The notes beneath the pieces were generated by a model. It was not told where the DNA came from, ran no database searches, and saw only the letters and a program-made list of their open reading frames with translations. 64,000 nucleotides of DNA from Paramecium tetraurelia. Taxonomy: Eukaryota. Position numbers and translations under genes: made by a program. Each line of letters starts with the position of its first letter. Position 1 is the first letter of the stretch. Shown piece by piece: positions 37,960-51,662 of the stretch. Location of the stretch: positions 372,001 through 436,000 of the forward strand of contig CT868263.1 in the NCBI GenBank assembly GCA_000165425.1. The letters run 5' to 3'.

Positions 37960-40279
37960 ATGCTTACCATCTTTCTCTTCCTAGTTTTTTAGGTTAATTG
38001 TGGAGATATTTAATTGTATAACTAATACGGATCCATCCTTTAGGATAAAATTTTAGTACACTCAATATACATATAATAGATTATTACTAAAAATGGATAG
38101 ATTTACAATTATGATCTAAAGTTCTAATAGATTCTTTGGGTATCATAATTAGGGATCTCTCTTCAATCCGAGAATGTCAAAAACTCTACACACTACTTAC
38201 AAACTTATAGAGATGGCACATACTTACTTTACGATGATTTCCTATATGTAATTCTACAAACTAACTTAGGAAATAGAACAAGATGATATTAATCTATTGT
38301 TTAGCACTTGTAACATGTTTAAAAATTCCCTTGTTTTCAATAATAATCTGGCATTTTTTATGGATATAACAACAGGAAATTTAAAAAAACTAAATCAATT
38401 CGATGTGCAGTAGATTTTAAAGAAACCTAAACTTTACCAATAAGGAGTTCTAATCAATGTATAACAATAGTATATTTCTCATTTGGAATATGAATTCTCT
38501 CAGTTTTATAATTCTAGAGTCTATATTAATTTCTTATTGCAATAAATTCGAAGTAACTAAACATTTAAATCACATTCGAATACTACTCAAATATGGAAAA
38601 CTTAGAATGGAATTTACGTCAAATGGAACAACAAAACCTTTGATTTATATTTAGATAATGAGGTGTTTCAAGTCTTTGCATATGATAATTTAGATGGATT
38701 ATAATCTTTACCAATATACAGAGATCAAATAGAATCAAAAAGTTTAGCAATAATATCAATTTCAAATAGCAACTTTTAATGCGAACAAGATGGATAATGT
38801 TTGCAAACTGATTTTAAACCTACAACGGCTCTAGGTATCTACAAAGAGACAGAATTAAAATAGTGTTTAAATGAATTCTATTATGCAAAGGCCTCAAAAT
38901 TACCTATGGTTTATCAATAAAATACTCCTTAAACCATAGAATAATGCTTTGAGATTCACAATGATGATGGATCTTTCGCGATGATATTGCTGACTATAAT
39001 TGTTATTGGGTCTGCTTTATTGACAAGATTTAAATTTAAAAAGCAAAAGCAGAACTTTTAGATAAATGTTAAGGAATCAAATATAGAATTAAAATATATT
39101 TAATAGAATTAAATCTAATTCAATGAATTGGAAATCATAGGATAAGGTTCGAATGGAACCAATATTCACGAGGGTTTTTTTTAAAACAAAACAGTTGCTG
39201 TTAAAGATATAAATTTATTGAATATATCCTAAAGTATGCTCAGTGGTGAATTAGAGAAATCATTTGCTCAATAAATGTCTTTAACTTCTGAAAAATTTAT
39301 AAAACTATATTTCTATGAAAAAAGAAATAATCACTTATATTTAGCTATGGAAAAAGGTTTAATTAATTTAAAAGATTTTGTAAAATATGATTCTTGTAAT
39401 AAATTAAATGATTCACTCAAAATCAAAATAAAATAAAACCTTTTAGACCCTAATTTTTATAAGTCGTTTATACATAATTTATTAATTGGACTTTAAGAAC
39501 TAGAAGAAAAACAAATTAAACATCATGGATTAGATCAAGAAAATATCATATTTAATCAAGACCTGCAAGTGTACTTTGCTGATCTTGGAATGTCTTAGAG
39601 AGCTGATTATTATAGAAGTAAGACTAAATCAACTAACTCTCATTTCTTCCATAGTTATAATTTGAAGTAATAATTAGGAGCAATATTTTACTATTTACTA
39701 TCAAGAGGAGATGATCTTAAAAATTTATCCTAAATAAATCTTAAGGCTATTTTGAATAAATTTAAGAAATACAACATCAAAGAATTAGATATTAGAGACT
39801 TGACTCTGAAATTGCTTTTTGATGGGCCAATAATTGATTATGATAATCTACTTTCGCACCCTTACTTTTGGACAAAAGAAAGAAAACTAAAGTTTATTTG
39901 TGAATTTAGCGATTATATCGAAACCTTCCCATAAAAACCAGGTTAAATTACTTTATAGGAGATCTGCATTTAAAACTAAGTTTTTAAAGATAATTGGGGC
40001 AATAAATGCGAAATACTTTTAAAAGAACAAATTCGAGGATATGATAAGACCTAAGCCTTATAGTTGATAAGAGTATAAAATTAATATTATAATTAATAGC
40101 TTATTCGTAATACTAAGAATCATTACCATTAGCTTACAAAGAATAGTAAATAGTTATTAGGAAATTCTGATAGAGACTTATTTGATTATTGGAATAAAAA
40201 CTTTCCAAATTTATTCTTTACTCTTTACTAATATTCATGTGAAAATAACTTCAACTTATTAAGTATTAAATAAAATTGA
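37960..40279 (+). CDS. IRE1: IRE1-like membrane protein: signal peptide, luminal domain, TM, pseudokinase, KEN RNase
   Basis: IIGQGSNGT...VAVK, HHGLDQEN, ADLG, LLSHPYFWTKERKLKFICEFSD, GYDKTQALQLIRLIRNTKNHY, FPNL; 2 introns. Confidence 0.85.
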
Positions 40280-40743
40280 AATGATAATGTAATTTTTCAT
40301 CAATCTCAAATTTTATATGTATGATATGACTGAATTAATTTTTAGAAATATATAATTACATTACCAACATAAAATTGGTTTCTACCAAATAAATCTTTAT
40401 TATTGTTTAAATAGCTTGAAGAATGATAAAAAATAAAGAGAATTTTAAAAATAGAAAAGCATAAATTTCACTAAATAACAATCTCCAAATGCTTAGAAAA
40501 CTATCAATTCATCTGTTATGAAATACAACAGAATTAGTTTCTCAGATGCAAAATAATTAAGTTCTAATTAGTATTCATTTCTTTAAAAAAAGAGAAAATT
40601 AAAATACAATAAGTTTAAACTTTATTTAATATAACTAATAGTTTTTTTGTTTAAATAGTGATTATTTATAATTTTATCAAAGTTGAATTATATAAAATTT
40701 ATCTTTTTTGAATATTTATCAAAATAACGTAGATATAATGCTT

Positions 40744-41296
40744 TCATAATTTCCATATTTCTACTGACAATAAAAAGGTCAAAATGTATACCAATACCAT
40801 ATATAAAATTATTATAAGGTTTGTTCCTATTGTTATACACCTTTTTTTATCTTTGATTATTGTTTCTATGATGATTATCACAAGAAAAATTAACAATTAA
40901 TCAAAAAATTAAAATAATAATTATTTATCGACTTACTTCCTAATATTGTATTTTTTAAATGGCCGCAAACAACATGAAATAATAAAAATAACAATTCTTT
41001 ATGATGTGATTGAATATATACATTTAAGCTGCCCCATCAATAATTAAATATTAAGAGTAATAACGTATTGTTTTAATGATAATGATGCATTCGTCAGGTG
41101 AATTTTCTTAAGAGGAAGTCATTCCGGATAAAAAAAAACCACCTATTAAGGCACTCATCCCACATGTGATTAATAAGCAATAGCTCCAAGAATCAATATC
41201 CTCATCCCTCTATATATCTATGTTTTAATCCTAATTTCCATTTAATTATATCTAGGGAATAAAATGGTATTCTTCATCATTTTGATTATTCTCCAT
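40744..41296 (-). CDS. Small multi-pass membrane protein
   Basis: MENNQNDEEYHFIPQ...YCLLITCGMSALIGGFFLSG...IILYMVLVYILTFLLSVEIWKL*; assumes one intron. Confidence 0.5.
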
Positions 41297-41786
41297 TAAA
41301 GGAAAAAAAGTTAATTTAATATTAAGAATTTATTTATTTTATAAATAATTTCAAGAATTATTATTTTTGAAAACAATAAATAAATGGCCTTATAATAAAT
41401 CTTTTAAAGAGTAATTGTATAATAAAATAATAAGTTCAAATCAATGTGATAAGGATTGAATGATGTTTTTCAATATACACATAATAACTAATACAATTCT
41501 ATTAAAAAAGTTCAGCCAAAAAAATTAAAGAATTATTTGTGTTGATTAATCATGATATCTCTGTCAATAATAAGGAGGTCTAATTGATTTATAGTATTAA
41601 ATTTTTTAAATAATTAACCATTCTTTTTTAATGTGTTCTATATTATCATTCTATTTTCATTATATTATACTTATCAGATCTTTTAACAATATCTAATATT
41701 TAATTTATTTTTGAATGTTTATCAAGAACTTGTTTATTGATATATCAAATAATATAAAGAAATTATGTAATTTTTTTATTATTTTA

Positions 41787-42600
41787 ATGTTAGAAAGAGC
41801 CCTTACATATTGCTTATAAGAAGAAACACCTATTTCAATAGCTGATGTAATGCAAATATAACAGAACCAACAAATAAACAATAAATAACAAAAGATTTAA
41901 GCTTAACCTACTAAAATAGAAATTCAATAATTTCCATAAAAATTTATAAAACAGTCCTCAATTAAGGAATTGATCAATTAAGCAAGTTAAGATTTCAAAT
42001 AGGTACCTAAAATTGTCCAAGATTTTACTCCATACCAAAGTGGGTGGTAAAAAAATATACTTAACAAATATTATAACATCAAAACAGGAAATAATAGCAT
42101 TTTTTGCAACAGTATAAATTTATATACAATAGAAACAAGAAGGAGAGCATTTTCGATATAAATGAATTCCAAAAAAGTTAATTTAAGAATACGGGATATG
42201 TCGATGATTACTACGAGAAATTTTTAATAGGAAAATAATTGTTAGTTCTGATTTTTTAAATATCATAATAATTATAGATTTAATGACTTTTATTCTATAA
42301 TGATTTTGAGCACAAAACCGACTCTCTTATTTGAGATAAATTAAATTTATAATTTATAATTAGATTTCTTTAAATTTATACCTCTATGAAGTATCAAGAT
42401 ATATAAGAGAACTCTTAAACTAAGTAGTAAAAAAGTTAAAAATTGCTATTTTGGGTGAGAGATAATACCAAAAATGATAAAAACAAAGACATACCTATAT
42501 TTTCATAATAATTTTTAATAAATAATTTCTATTACAATAAATCAGAATAAGTGTCAGTATTAAAACATTCTATAAAAGAGAAATCGACAAGATGAGGAAT
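41787..42600 (+). CDS. Hypothetical Q-rich protein, possibly decayed; 3' end uncertain
   Basis: MLERALTYCLQEETPISIADVMQIQQ... open for more than 140 codons. Confidence 0.4.
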
Positions 42601-42714
42601 ATTTATGGAGAATTTTTATGATATTATAAAATTAACACTTATGTGATAATGTAAAATAACAGTAATTATTTCTACCAATAAATTGGTTTTAATATCTCTT
42701 TTATAATTGCTAAA

Positions 42715-43655
42715 TCAAATATTCCCTATGGCCTTATTGGATTCTCTTTCTATTTCTTCAATCGATTTTAATGTAAGTCTAATTTTTTCTTTATCTTTCT
42801 TCTTTAAAAACTCTGCCAAAGCTTTTTCTCCTTCAACTTTTTCAAATTCAGGCCATTCTTTTTCATCCTAAAAGAATTTTTCATTTAGAATAGGATGCAT
42901 AAGATCATTAGTATCTTCAAACTAAGAATTTAATTGCATTTACGTTATCTTTTAAATTGTCATATTCCCTTAATTTTCTTAATTATTCAGGATTCATTTC
43001 ATAAGATGTTCTTGTATTCAAAAATGTCAAATCTTTATGTCTAATTTCAGGTGGATGCCATACGATAGCAGGTCTTCTGCTAAACCTTTGGGCTCTCCTT
43101 GAGTATTTGTGAGGCCTAGCCTTTAAAACGTGAGGAATCTAAATGTTTAGGAAAATATAAAACTTCATAAGATGGATCATTAATTTTAGTGAGCATCAAT
43201 TATCTTAAATATTCACCATAAATAGAATCTAAATCTTAAGGTTTAGTCAATAAAATATAATTATCGAAACTACCAGCTTTTCGAATGCATTTCATTGTCT
43301 TAGCTGTTACTTTCACATGAATTCTTCTGCCTAATATTAGAGATTCATATGTTTATTTTTGAACATTAGGCATCCAAGATCGTCGAGTTCTATTTATGAA
43401 TAGATATGCTCACTTTTTTTCTGAAAAACAAGTTTGATTTCCTGATTTTGGTTATTTGCCATGCCAAAGACAAAATTGACTCATAATAGTATGTTTTGGG
43501 ATTTGCTTTTGGCAGATTCTTTTAATTAAGGCTGTGTCTAATAATTATCTAGGACTTAATTAGGATATGCTTTTGGTAGTTGGATGAGCCGAAAGCCAAT
43601 AATTGAATGTAGGGCGGTGACATAATTATTTCATACCTTTGAGTAGGACATTCAT
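42715..43655 (-). CDS. MRPL28: Mitochondrial ribosomal protein bL28m
   Basis: LWHGKQPKSGNQTCFSEKKTRRSWMPNVQKQTYESLILGRRIHVKVTAKTMKCIRKAGSFDNYILLT. Confidence 0.88.
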
Positions 43656-44157
43656 TATTTCTAAATAAATTAAATATCAAATTTAAGTTAATTTAGTAAA
43701 ACAATCAATTAATTGTTCCATGTATATATTAATATCGTAATAACTTCAAGAAAATCTAGAATTTGTATGAGGAATAATTATATATGTTTGTAAAATATTC
43801 AAATAATTCATTAATTTATAATTTGAAGAGAATCGATGAATAAGTACATGATTGATCAAACTTAGTTTGTAGAAAGTAGATAAACTTTGAATGGAGTTTT
43901 AGTATTTTTTCTGATATTGTGCTACTTTTTGAGAGAAGGTCAAGTAATTTGTGAAGTAGAATTCTGAACTGAGTATTTTATAATTAACAACTTCATAAAT
44001 TTTGATTATATTTGAAGTAAAGTTATTCGAATTGATCATTGAAAAAATGATTTGTCTGCTTCCATTTTTGAGTCATATTTTATAAACACACCTTCAAATA
44101 AATTGTTCTACTTATTATTAATATTTATTGATTAATGAAATATCAATAATATTAATT

Positions 44158-44478
44158 ATGGACTTATATTAACATTCTTACACCCTCCCACCAAAACGAT
44201 TGTGCAAAGAGCCAAAGTTGGCTATCTCTATTTTGAAAAGGAAATTCATAGAACCAATTTAAGACTTTGCTGGCGCTAGAAGAACTAGAACAAGTTTTTC
44301 ACCTCAAAGGAGAATGAAATCGATTTAAATTAGATAAAAATCTGCAATACAAACATTTAATTTTGAAGTTGGATAGATAATTGTCCCAAAAAGAAATTCT
44401 AGAGTAACACGCTTCTAAGGTCCTAATTTTCCATTTAATCTCAATTACTTGATAAAGTAAATGAATGCTTTAAAATGA
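44158..44478 (+). CDS. Small basic hypothetical protein
   Basis: MDLYQHSYTLPPKRLCKEPK...FPFNLNYLIKQMNALK*; intronless. Confidence 0.65.
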
Positions 44479-44498
44479 TTTATTTATTAATTTATAAT

Positions 44499-44849
44499 AT
44501 GTAAAATAACTTTGGAGTATAGAGGATTATTAGAACCGAAGGAGATTAGGAGGACAATCTAATTAAGAAAAACAGTTTGGCAAGGGGCCTTTTACCTAAA
44601 AAATAATCATTAACGAATATGCAAAAAGTTAGTTTTAGTACTCATTCTAAAGTGAAATCCAAAGAATCCATTATTATATCAATAAATAAAATGAGCTAAG
44701 AAAAACTGCTAGATTTACTATGTTTATCCACTCAGGATTTAAAAAAGAGATTTTTGAAACCGTCAACAAAACATGAAAAAATAAAAATAGTCAATACCAA
44801 ACATTTACCAAGGGATTTTCTTAACCTGTAAAGTGAAATAAAGTATTGA
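44499..44849 (+). CDS. Small basic hypothetical protein
   Basis: MQNNFGVQRIIRTEGDQEDN...KLLDLLCLSTQDLKKRF...LPRDFLNLQSEIKY*. Confidence 0.65.
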
Positions 44850-44901
44850 TTTTTATTGATTTTATATATTATATTAATTCAAATTTTAACTCCAATTTAG
44901 T

Positions 44902-45444
44902 ATGTCTGTGCAAAAAAGTAATAAAGAAAATTCTAAAAACAAGAAAGTTACAATATCAATAGAAGAAGGGATTGAAAATAGTTTTATGATTTTGAGTCCT
45001 ATTAAAGAACTCTCACCTATAAAGGAGAAAATTAAAGAAGAACAAAAATGTATAGAAGTCATTGAATTCGGATGGCAAAGACACAAAATAGGGAGTGAAA
45101 TACGATATTTGGACATATTTTATAATGCAAATCCAAATATATAAAAATCTGATATCTAGCGCCTAGATTTGAATAGTTGCCTTGATGAATAAGGATAACC
45201 TGTATATCGTAAGACAACTTAGGCATTAATGTAAAATATGGCATTAAAAATCTAATCTCGTATATCAATGGCAGGAGAGTAAATTTATTCTTCGATTCCA
45301 TTACAATAGGCCTGTTTGAGTGATTATCATTGTTTCAAAGGTGATTACGGTAAGGATTGGAAGGGGCATTAGATTATCAAGAGCAAAACCTTGAGTGGAG
45401 TAAAAAAAGGTTAGACATCAAGCAAAAAAATAATATAATAATGA
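44902..45444 (+). CDS. Hypothetical protein
   Basis: MSVQKSNKENSKNKKVTISIEEG...EFGWQRHKIG...; open to TGA at 45442-45444. Confidence 0.65.
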
Positions 45445-45455
45445 TTATAATTAAA

Positions 45456-46276
45456 ATGGGTTTATTATTGTTTTAATTTATACTCATAATTTTTGAAGTG
45501 CAGATTTCTGCTTTGAATTGGTAGAATTGATTGGTGGCTATCCATAACATATTGATTTAAGCTAAGAAAGATATATGATTTCAAAGTGAGATACGATTCT
45601 CTGTAAAAACTAATAAATAAAAAATGGACAGTCTAAAGGAGGGACAGGATTATTTTGGAATGAATTCAATTTCCTATGGTTCCATTTAGAATGGAGCTTA
45701 ATTAATTTTATGAGAGAAATCTCAAGAAAATATAATATAAACATATGTCAAAGCAAATTAAAAGAAGGAAGTAAAAGCAAACTCAAATACCAAAAACCAT
45801 TTATTTAACAATAATAATAGAAGGAGATAAAAATTATGCTATTCATTAAAATTTAATATTAGTAACAAAAAAAACATGAATCTAGAACTATTCATAGAAG
45901 AAAACAATATGAATTCTTTAAAGAAATCAATAATTTAAAAGTAGATTCTATTGAATTTGATTAATCAAAAGATAATTGTGATTCTAAAGATATTGAAAAT
46001 TAGAATATTCCATAAACTGATATATTAGAGGTTTAATAGAATGGAATGAGCTTTTAAGCATTTTCAGAATGTGATTTCTTAGGCATTTCTTATCAAATTT
46101 GGGGACCAAATCAGAGTATCCCAAAAGAGTTGTGGAATTTAATCTAATCTATAATAATACCTAAATAGATGAGAATTGCATTCTATAAAAAATAACAATC
46201 GAAATCCTCATTAAAGGAGATTAAGAATGCTTGCAAAGGCCATTTGATAATGATTGATCTTAGAAACAGCTGTTGA
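45456..46276 (+). pseudogene. Decayed secreted protein with C-terminal beta/gamma-crystallin-like segment
   Basis: Signal peptide MGLLLFQFILIIFEVQISA, then in-frame TGAs at 45528 and 45576. C-terminal AFSECDFLGISYQI...IQSIIIPKQMRIAFY resembles a Greek-key motif. Confidence 0.45.
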
Positions 46277-46344
46277 GTCATTAATGATAATGCATAATTA
46301 GATAAAACTTTTTTATTAAATCATTTAATAAATTATATATCATA

Positions 46345-46748
46345 ATGGCTGAAGGAAGAGAGAACTGGGCTGTAGACGAATTACTAAAAGCTGAGGAGGA
46401 AGCTAATAATATTATAAAGATAGCTTAAAAGGAAAGAGAGAAAAAAATCAAAGAAGCTAAAGTGGCAGCTGATTAGGAAATTGCTGTATTCCGAAGAGAG
46501 GAAGAAACCAAATATAATCAAGAAATACTTAGAGTAATATTAAATAATAACTTAAGCGTTTTGGATCAACCAAGGAGGAAGAAGAATTAGAAAGAAAAAC
46601 AAAGGCAGAAATTGATAAGATATATTAAGATTATGAAGCTAATAAATTGGCAGTTGTGGATATGTTAATTAAAAGGGTAATTGAAGTGAAATTGGAAGTT
46701 CCAAGAGTCGTAAAGGGATAATTTGAATAACCATAACAAAATTAATGA
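46345..46748 (+). CDS. ATP6V1G: V-ATPase subunit G
   Basis: AVDELLKAEEEANNIIKIAQKEREKKIKEAKVAADQEIAVFRREEE...NKLAVVDMLIKRVIEV. Confidence 0.92.
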
Positions 46749-46780
46749 GATAAGATGATGAATTCATATAATTATAAATA

Positions 46781-47774
46781 ATGAGTGGTGTAAAGATTTC
46801 TCATAATTTCTTTCTAACAAAGACAATTAATCAATCTAAGAGAGTGTTAAAAAGAGCATAGATCCCAATCTATTTATCAATGAACAAACCCTTAAATAAA
46901 TAGAGGCAGAAACCAACAAACATTTTTGGATCAATTACCTGACTCATTCCATAGTTACAACATTGGTTGCTCTTTTAACTACCTATAACTATCAGTTATA
47001 CCCCATTAAAATAAATATGGTGATAAATAAAAGATGAATCAGGCTCTAAAAACTTTGACATAATTGGTCAAAGCAAAAAGACACATTTAGCCTCATGAAA
47101 AAAGGAAATTTGAGTTACTGATTAAGAGTGGTGCTGTTTGAAGCAACAATCTAATTAGAGCTAGGCATTTTACAAAGGCAATTTGATTGGCATTATACAT
47201 TTATTGGCTAATTGTCATTTGAAGATTAATTTGTTATCTGACTTTGATTTTAGATTAGTGGCAACTGTTTCTATTATTGCCAGTAATCCATGTATGTTAT
47301 TTTCAATCAAGATTTATATTGTAAAATAGATTACCAAATTTTATTTGTATAAGAATTTATTTAGTGCTTTTAAAAAGTATGTTAGACATAAGAAAGAATA
47401 CTTTCAAGGGTCTACTACTTATTTTTATAAAAATAGTGTTGTCTTTTTGTTTCAAGTGGCGATATAATTCTCTTAAAATTAGAGTAATTCTAGATGCTAT
47501 ATTTGTACCTTCCCTACAATCTAATATATCATCCTTTTCTACCATTGTAAGAAGATTGCATATTTTAAGTATGTTAGAGTATTATTTTGAAATTAGTCGA
47601 CATTGCCCGGGTATGATACCTACAAGGTACTTAGGACCTTGGCATGGATTGAGATTGATAGCCCAAGAAGAAGGAGTCAAGGGTCTGGATAGAGGATTCG
47701 GCTTGTATTTTATAGGGAGTGGTCTATTGCAGTACATCATGTTCGGAACTAAAATAGATTAGGGAGATTTTTGA
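46781..47774 (+). pseudogene. Decayed mitochondrial carrier (SLC25)-family gene
   Basis: TIVRRLH...RYLGPWHGLRLIAQEEGVKGLDRGFGLY carrier signature; upstream part has TGA (47035) and several frame changes. Confidence 0.6.
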
Positions 47775-47793
47775 AATAATTTGTTTATAATTT

Positions 47794-50067
47794 ATGGCAT
47801 AGTCATTTGCAATCTTATAAAATTCGTTCAAACATTTTGGAGAAGGACATTACAAAGAATCTATGGAGTAATCTACAATTTAAGTCTAGGGAATTGCAGA
47901 AGTTTAAACAGCTTAAAGAGTAGTCTGATCAAAATCAATCTATGGTGCAAATTAATGAAAATATCATACTTTGTGAATACAATATAACTAGGGATGCTAA
48001 TGCTTGTTATTTAAAAATTAGATGAAATCATTGATGAAATTAGAAAACCCTAACTACAAAAAAGTAATAATTATAGCAAGTTTATCATTTTAGAAAAGAA
48101 ATAAGATGATGATAGTATTTTGCAATACAATAAAGCAATCATGCTATTCTTGAGCGGGAAGATTAGACAGGCTCATAACCTCTTGAAATAGTTGAAGGAC
48201 AACTATAACCTTGACATTTACTTAAACATTAAAGTAAATCTCCTTCTAGTGGAAACCTCATTTCAATTACAAGAATATGTTTATGCAAGCGAATTGTACA
48301 AGAAGTTATCCTCAGATGAAACCCTAAAATCACTGTAACAAAAACATCTTAAGCCCAATCAAATTGATGATTAACAATAACAACAATCCCAATAAAACTA
48401 TACATCGCTTTTAATTGGGTCTGATTTGCCTTATCCAGATTCACACCCCAATACATTTAGCAAGGAGGAATTCCTTTTTCTATTGAATGTTATTAAATGT
48501 CGATTTTATATTTTGTCCAACTAAAAAGATTAGAAAAAATAATTAAATCCTCTAGAATCGTCATTTAAAAACTATATGACCCAATTAGAGTAATCAAATG
48601 GAATATCATAAAACTCAGGGCCTTCTTTTTCATAAGACATACAACCTTATTTGAAATTGCATGCTCAAATGATTTTTAAGTTAATGAAAGCCTAAAGGAA
48701 TTTAACACTTAATGAGTCGGTTCATAAGTGTATTAAGATGATGACTCCATAATCTGAAATATAAAACCAACAAAATGCAGAATTCGCTCAATCCAAACAA
48801 TTCCTTTATTTGGCATAAATTTATAATAATCTTGGGTGTGTTCATGCCAAAGTGGGCAAATATGCACTCGCTGCTGTTTATTTTCATAAAGCTATATCCT
48901 AAACCAAATTAGTCTAATAATAGTAGAATCTATATGAAGGAATCATTATGAATAATGTGAACAAAGATTGTATGCCATGTATTAAAATTTAGCAGATGCT
49001 TTGTTTATGGATCAGTAATACTAGAAGGCACTCAATGTTTATAATCAACTATAGGATTTGTGTAATCAGAGTGCTAAGTTTTGGTACAATAGAGGAGTAT
49101 GTTTCATTCAAATTTATCATGAATCTATGCCTGACAAAAATGAATTATATGAAATTTCAGAGGATCAATCTTAATTGCATGCTCAAGATGAAGGCAAGAA
49201 GATCATTCTTCAAAGTAGAGAAATTTACAGTGATGCCGATGAGGAAGTTTAAGATTAGTTCTACAAAATTGATTAGAAGAATGAAGATAGTAAATTTGTG
49301 CAATCTAAGGCTAATAAGGAGTTACTAAACAATGCCATAAAGTAAGATAAATAAAATCTATTAGAGATCTTTTCGTAATGCAATAATCTTATCCAAAAAA
49401 GAAAAAAGAGAGGAAACCATTCATCTAGATCAAGAATAATTAATAATTTAAGGTACTTAGATATTTGAGTCTTCTATTGTATTTTTAACATATTCATTAC
49501 TATGTAGAGGAGATTATAACTTAGCATTATCTCAAGGTAAGGAAGCACTAGAATACAATCTATCAGATAATAATAAATACATTATTATACAATATGTTTT
49601 GGAAGCATACATTTAAATTTCAAAACTCAAGGATGCTATTAATTTTATCAACAGCAGCAGTGTCACTTAATTTTTAAATAGAATTAATAATAATAATAAT
49701 AATAGCAATTTATAATTTTAATGTAGAAACTTAGTAGGAATTCAGACAACTTGTATTTCAAATTATAACTCCAAAGCGATTTATCATTTTAATTTGTCAG
49801 CCCTTCATCTCCATAACAATAATTTGACTTAGGCTTGGAATTCAATTTAAACTATGATGAATTGCTGTGATATAAATATTAATGCAATCGATGCAGATAT
49901 TCCAGTTCCAATTTTAAATTTATTAATATGGTATTACTTAAAATCAGGTAACAAAGATTTCTAATATAGATAATGTTTAACTTGCAGTCCATTTAATAAA
50001 GAGAAGAAGATTATTAACAGGATAGATTGGGAAAAATAAAATATCTCTGTTAAATATTACAAAATGA
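47794..50067 (+). CDS. CNOT10: CCR4-NOT subunit 10-like TPR protein, with apparent -1 frameshift at ~48960
   Basis: ILQYNKAIMLF, IYNNLGCVHAKVGKYALAAVYFHKAI, YQNLADALF...SAKFWYNRGVCFI. Confidence 0.75.
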
Positions 50068-50091
50068 TATAAATAGTAAATAATAATTAAA

Positions 50092-51646
50092 TCATTCTTT
50101 ATATATTTCTAATATATGTTTAAATTCATAAATATTTAAAAATTATAAAAAATACTGAATAGTAAGGTTGTTGCACATTCTAAAGTTCATATCTCAAATT
50201 AATCTTAGGCTCCTGTTGGAATCTTGGATTTACCCTGGAGCAATGAAAATTAATGTTGGATTTATAAATATTAAATACAAGTCATTGATAAACTATCCTT
50301 GAATCAAGTAATGAGAAGGAACAAAAATTAATTAACATTATATACATAATATCTAATACTCATTATATCGTATCAGCAATTTAGATAATTAAAGGTGGAA
50401 ATCCTTTTAAATTGTAAAAATTCTCTAATTCTTATGCTGATTACAGCATCCTGTTACAAGTAAAACATATTTTGTTGTAATATTTTGTATTGGCTCTTAA
50501 ATAATTGATCAATTACTAAGACATTAATTAGATAGACTTACTTAATTTGAATTATCTAAAGTTTCTACTTCAAGACGATTATAAACTTGGTCTCTTATTT
50601 CCAAACATAATGGACAATGGCTTTGTTACTAAAGAGGTTTTATGGTAACTTTTTCTGCAGAACTCAAAACTGTGAAGGTAGTGGAAGGGAACCCTTCTTA
50701 CAGTTTATCAATAAATTGTTCAAGCAAATGATCAATATTACCTTGAGCTGGTTTCTAGTTTTTTATTATTGTAATATTACATTTTTGACAATGTTACTTA
50801 AATGTTGTCCTAAGATAAAATTTGGGAAGTTTATATTGGATTTTAATCTAAGGTAGTATAAAATATCCTTATTGAGCAATTCTTTAAGAGGATGCAATAT
50901 TTGTAATTTGTTTTAATTGAGAGGATAGGTAAATTAAAAATTGTATTTGGTTGCTGATTATAGACTAAGTCCTCTTCCCTTGGATAATTAGGAAAATAGA
51001 TCAGCTGCTAATCTTTGTCCATTTTAGCCAAAGCATATCTAAATTAAAGGATTGAACTTACATTTTAGTATCCATTTTTAATTGCATAGTCATAGATGAT
51101 ATGTTGTTTGATCAAACGAACAAAATCTTCCCTTGCTGATCCGCTTTCTGATAAATTATGAAGTTATTTAAGTAAAATTTAAGGATCTGGGTATATAGAT
51201 TGAATATCAACAATTTGGAAAGGTAATTTGCACTCATTAGTTACAAAGTTGGTGTAATCTTGGGGTTGCTTTTAATTTCATAATGTATAATTACATATTC
51301 TTATATAAATTCTTTCATAATAAAACTTTCATTTATGTACAAAACATGAACTTCAATAAACATCTTGCTTTTGTTGTGGGCACAAGTTGAGTGCACAACG
51401 TCACTAGCCATTTTGGCTAGAGCTGTTGAATTTCTTGAGTTAGATGAATAATTACTATCCTCCAGAGAAGCAAACCAATAACTTTTCATTTTTCTAGGTT
51501 ATGTTACATTTAAGTCTCAAAGACATTTTGAACATATGTTCGACATATCCAATAAAGCATTCTTTACAGACAGGGTCTTTTTGTATGATAATGTTTGGAT
51601 TGTTGGTTTTACACTTCTTGCAAAGCTTGGGTTCTTTTTATTACAT
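50092..51646 (-). CDS. CTU2: Cytoplasmic tRNA 2-thiolation protein 2 (Ncs2)
   Basis: LCKKCK...PVCKECFIGYVEHMFK...EKLLVCFSGGQNSTAL; LAAD..FS..IIQGRG; C-terminal CxxC motifs. Confidence 0.85.
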
Positions 51647-51662
51647 AAATAAATATTAAAAA

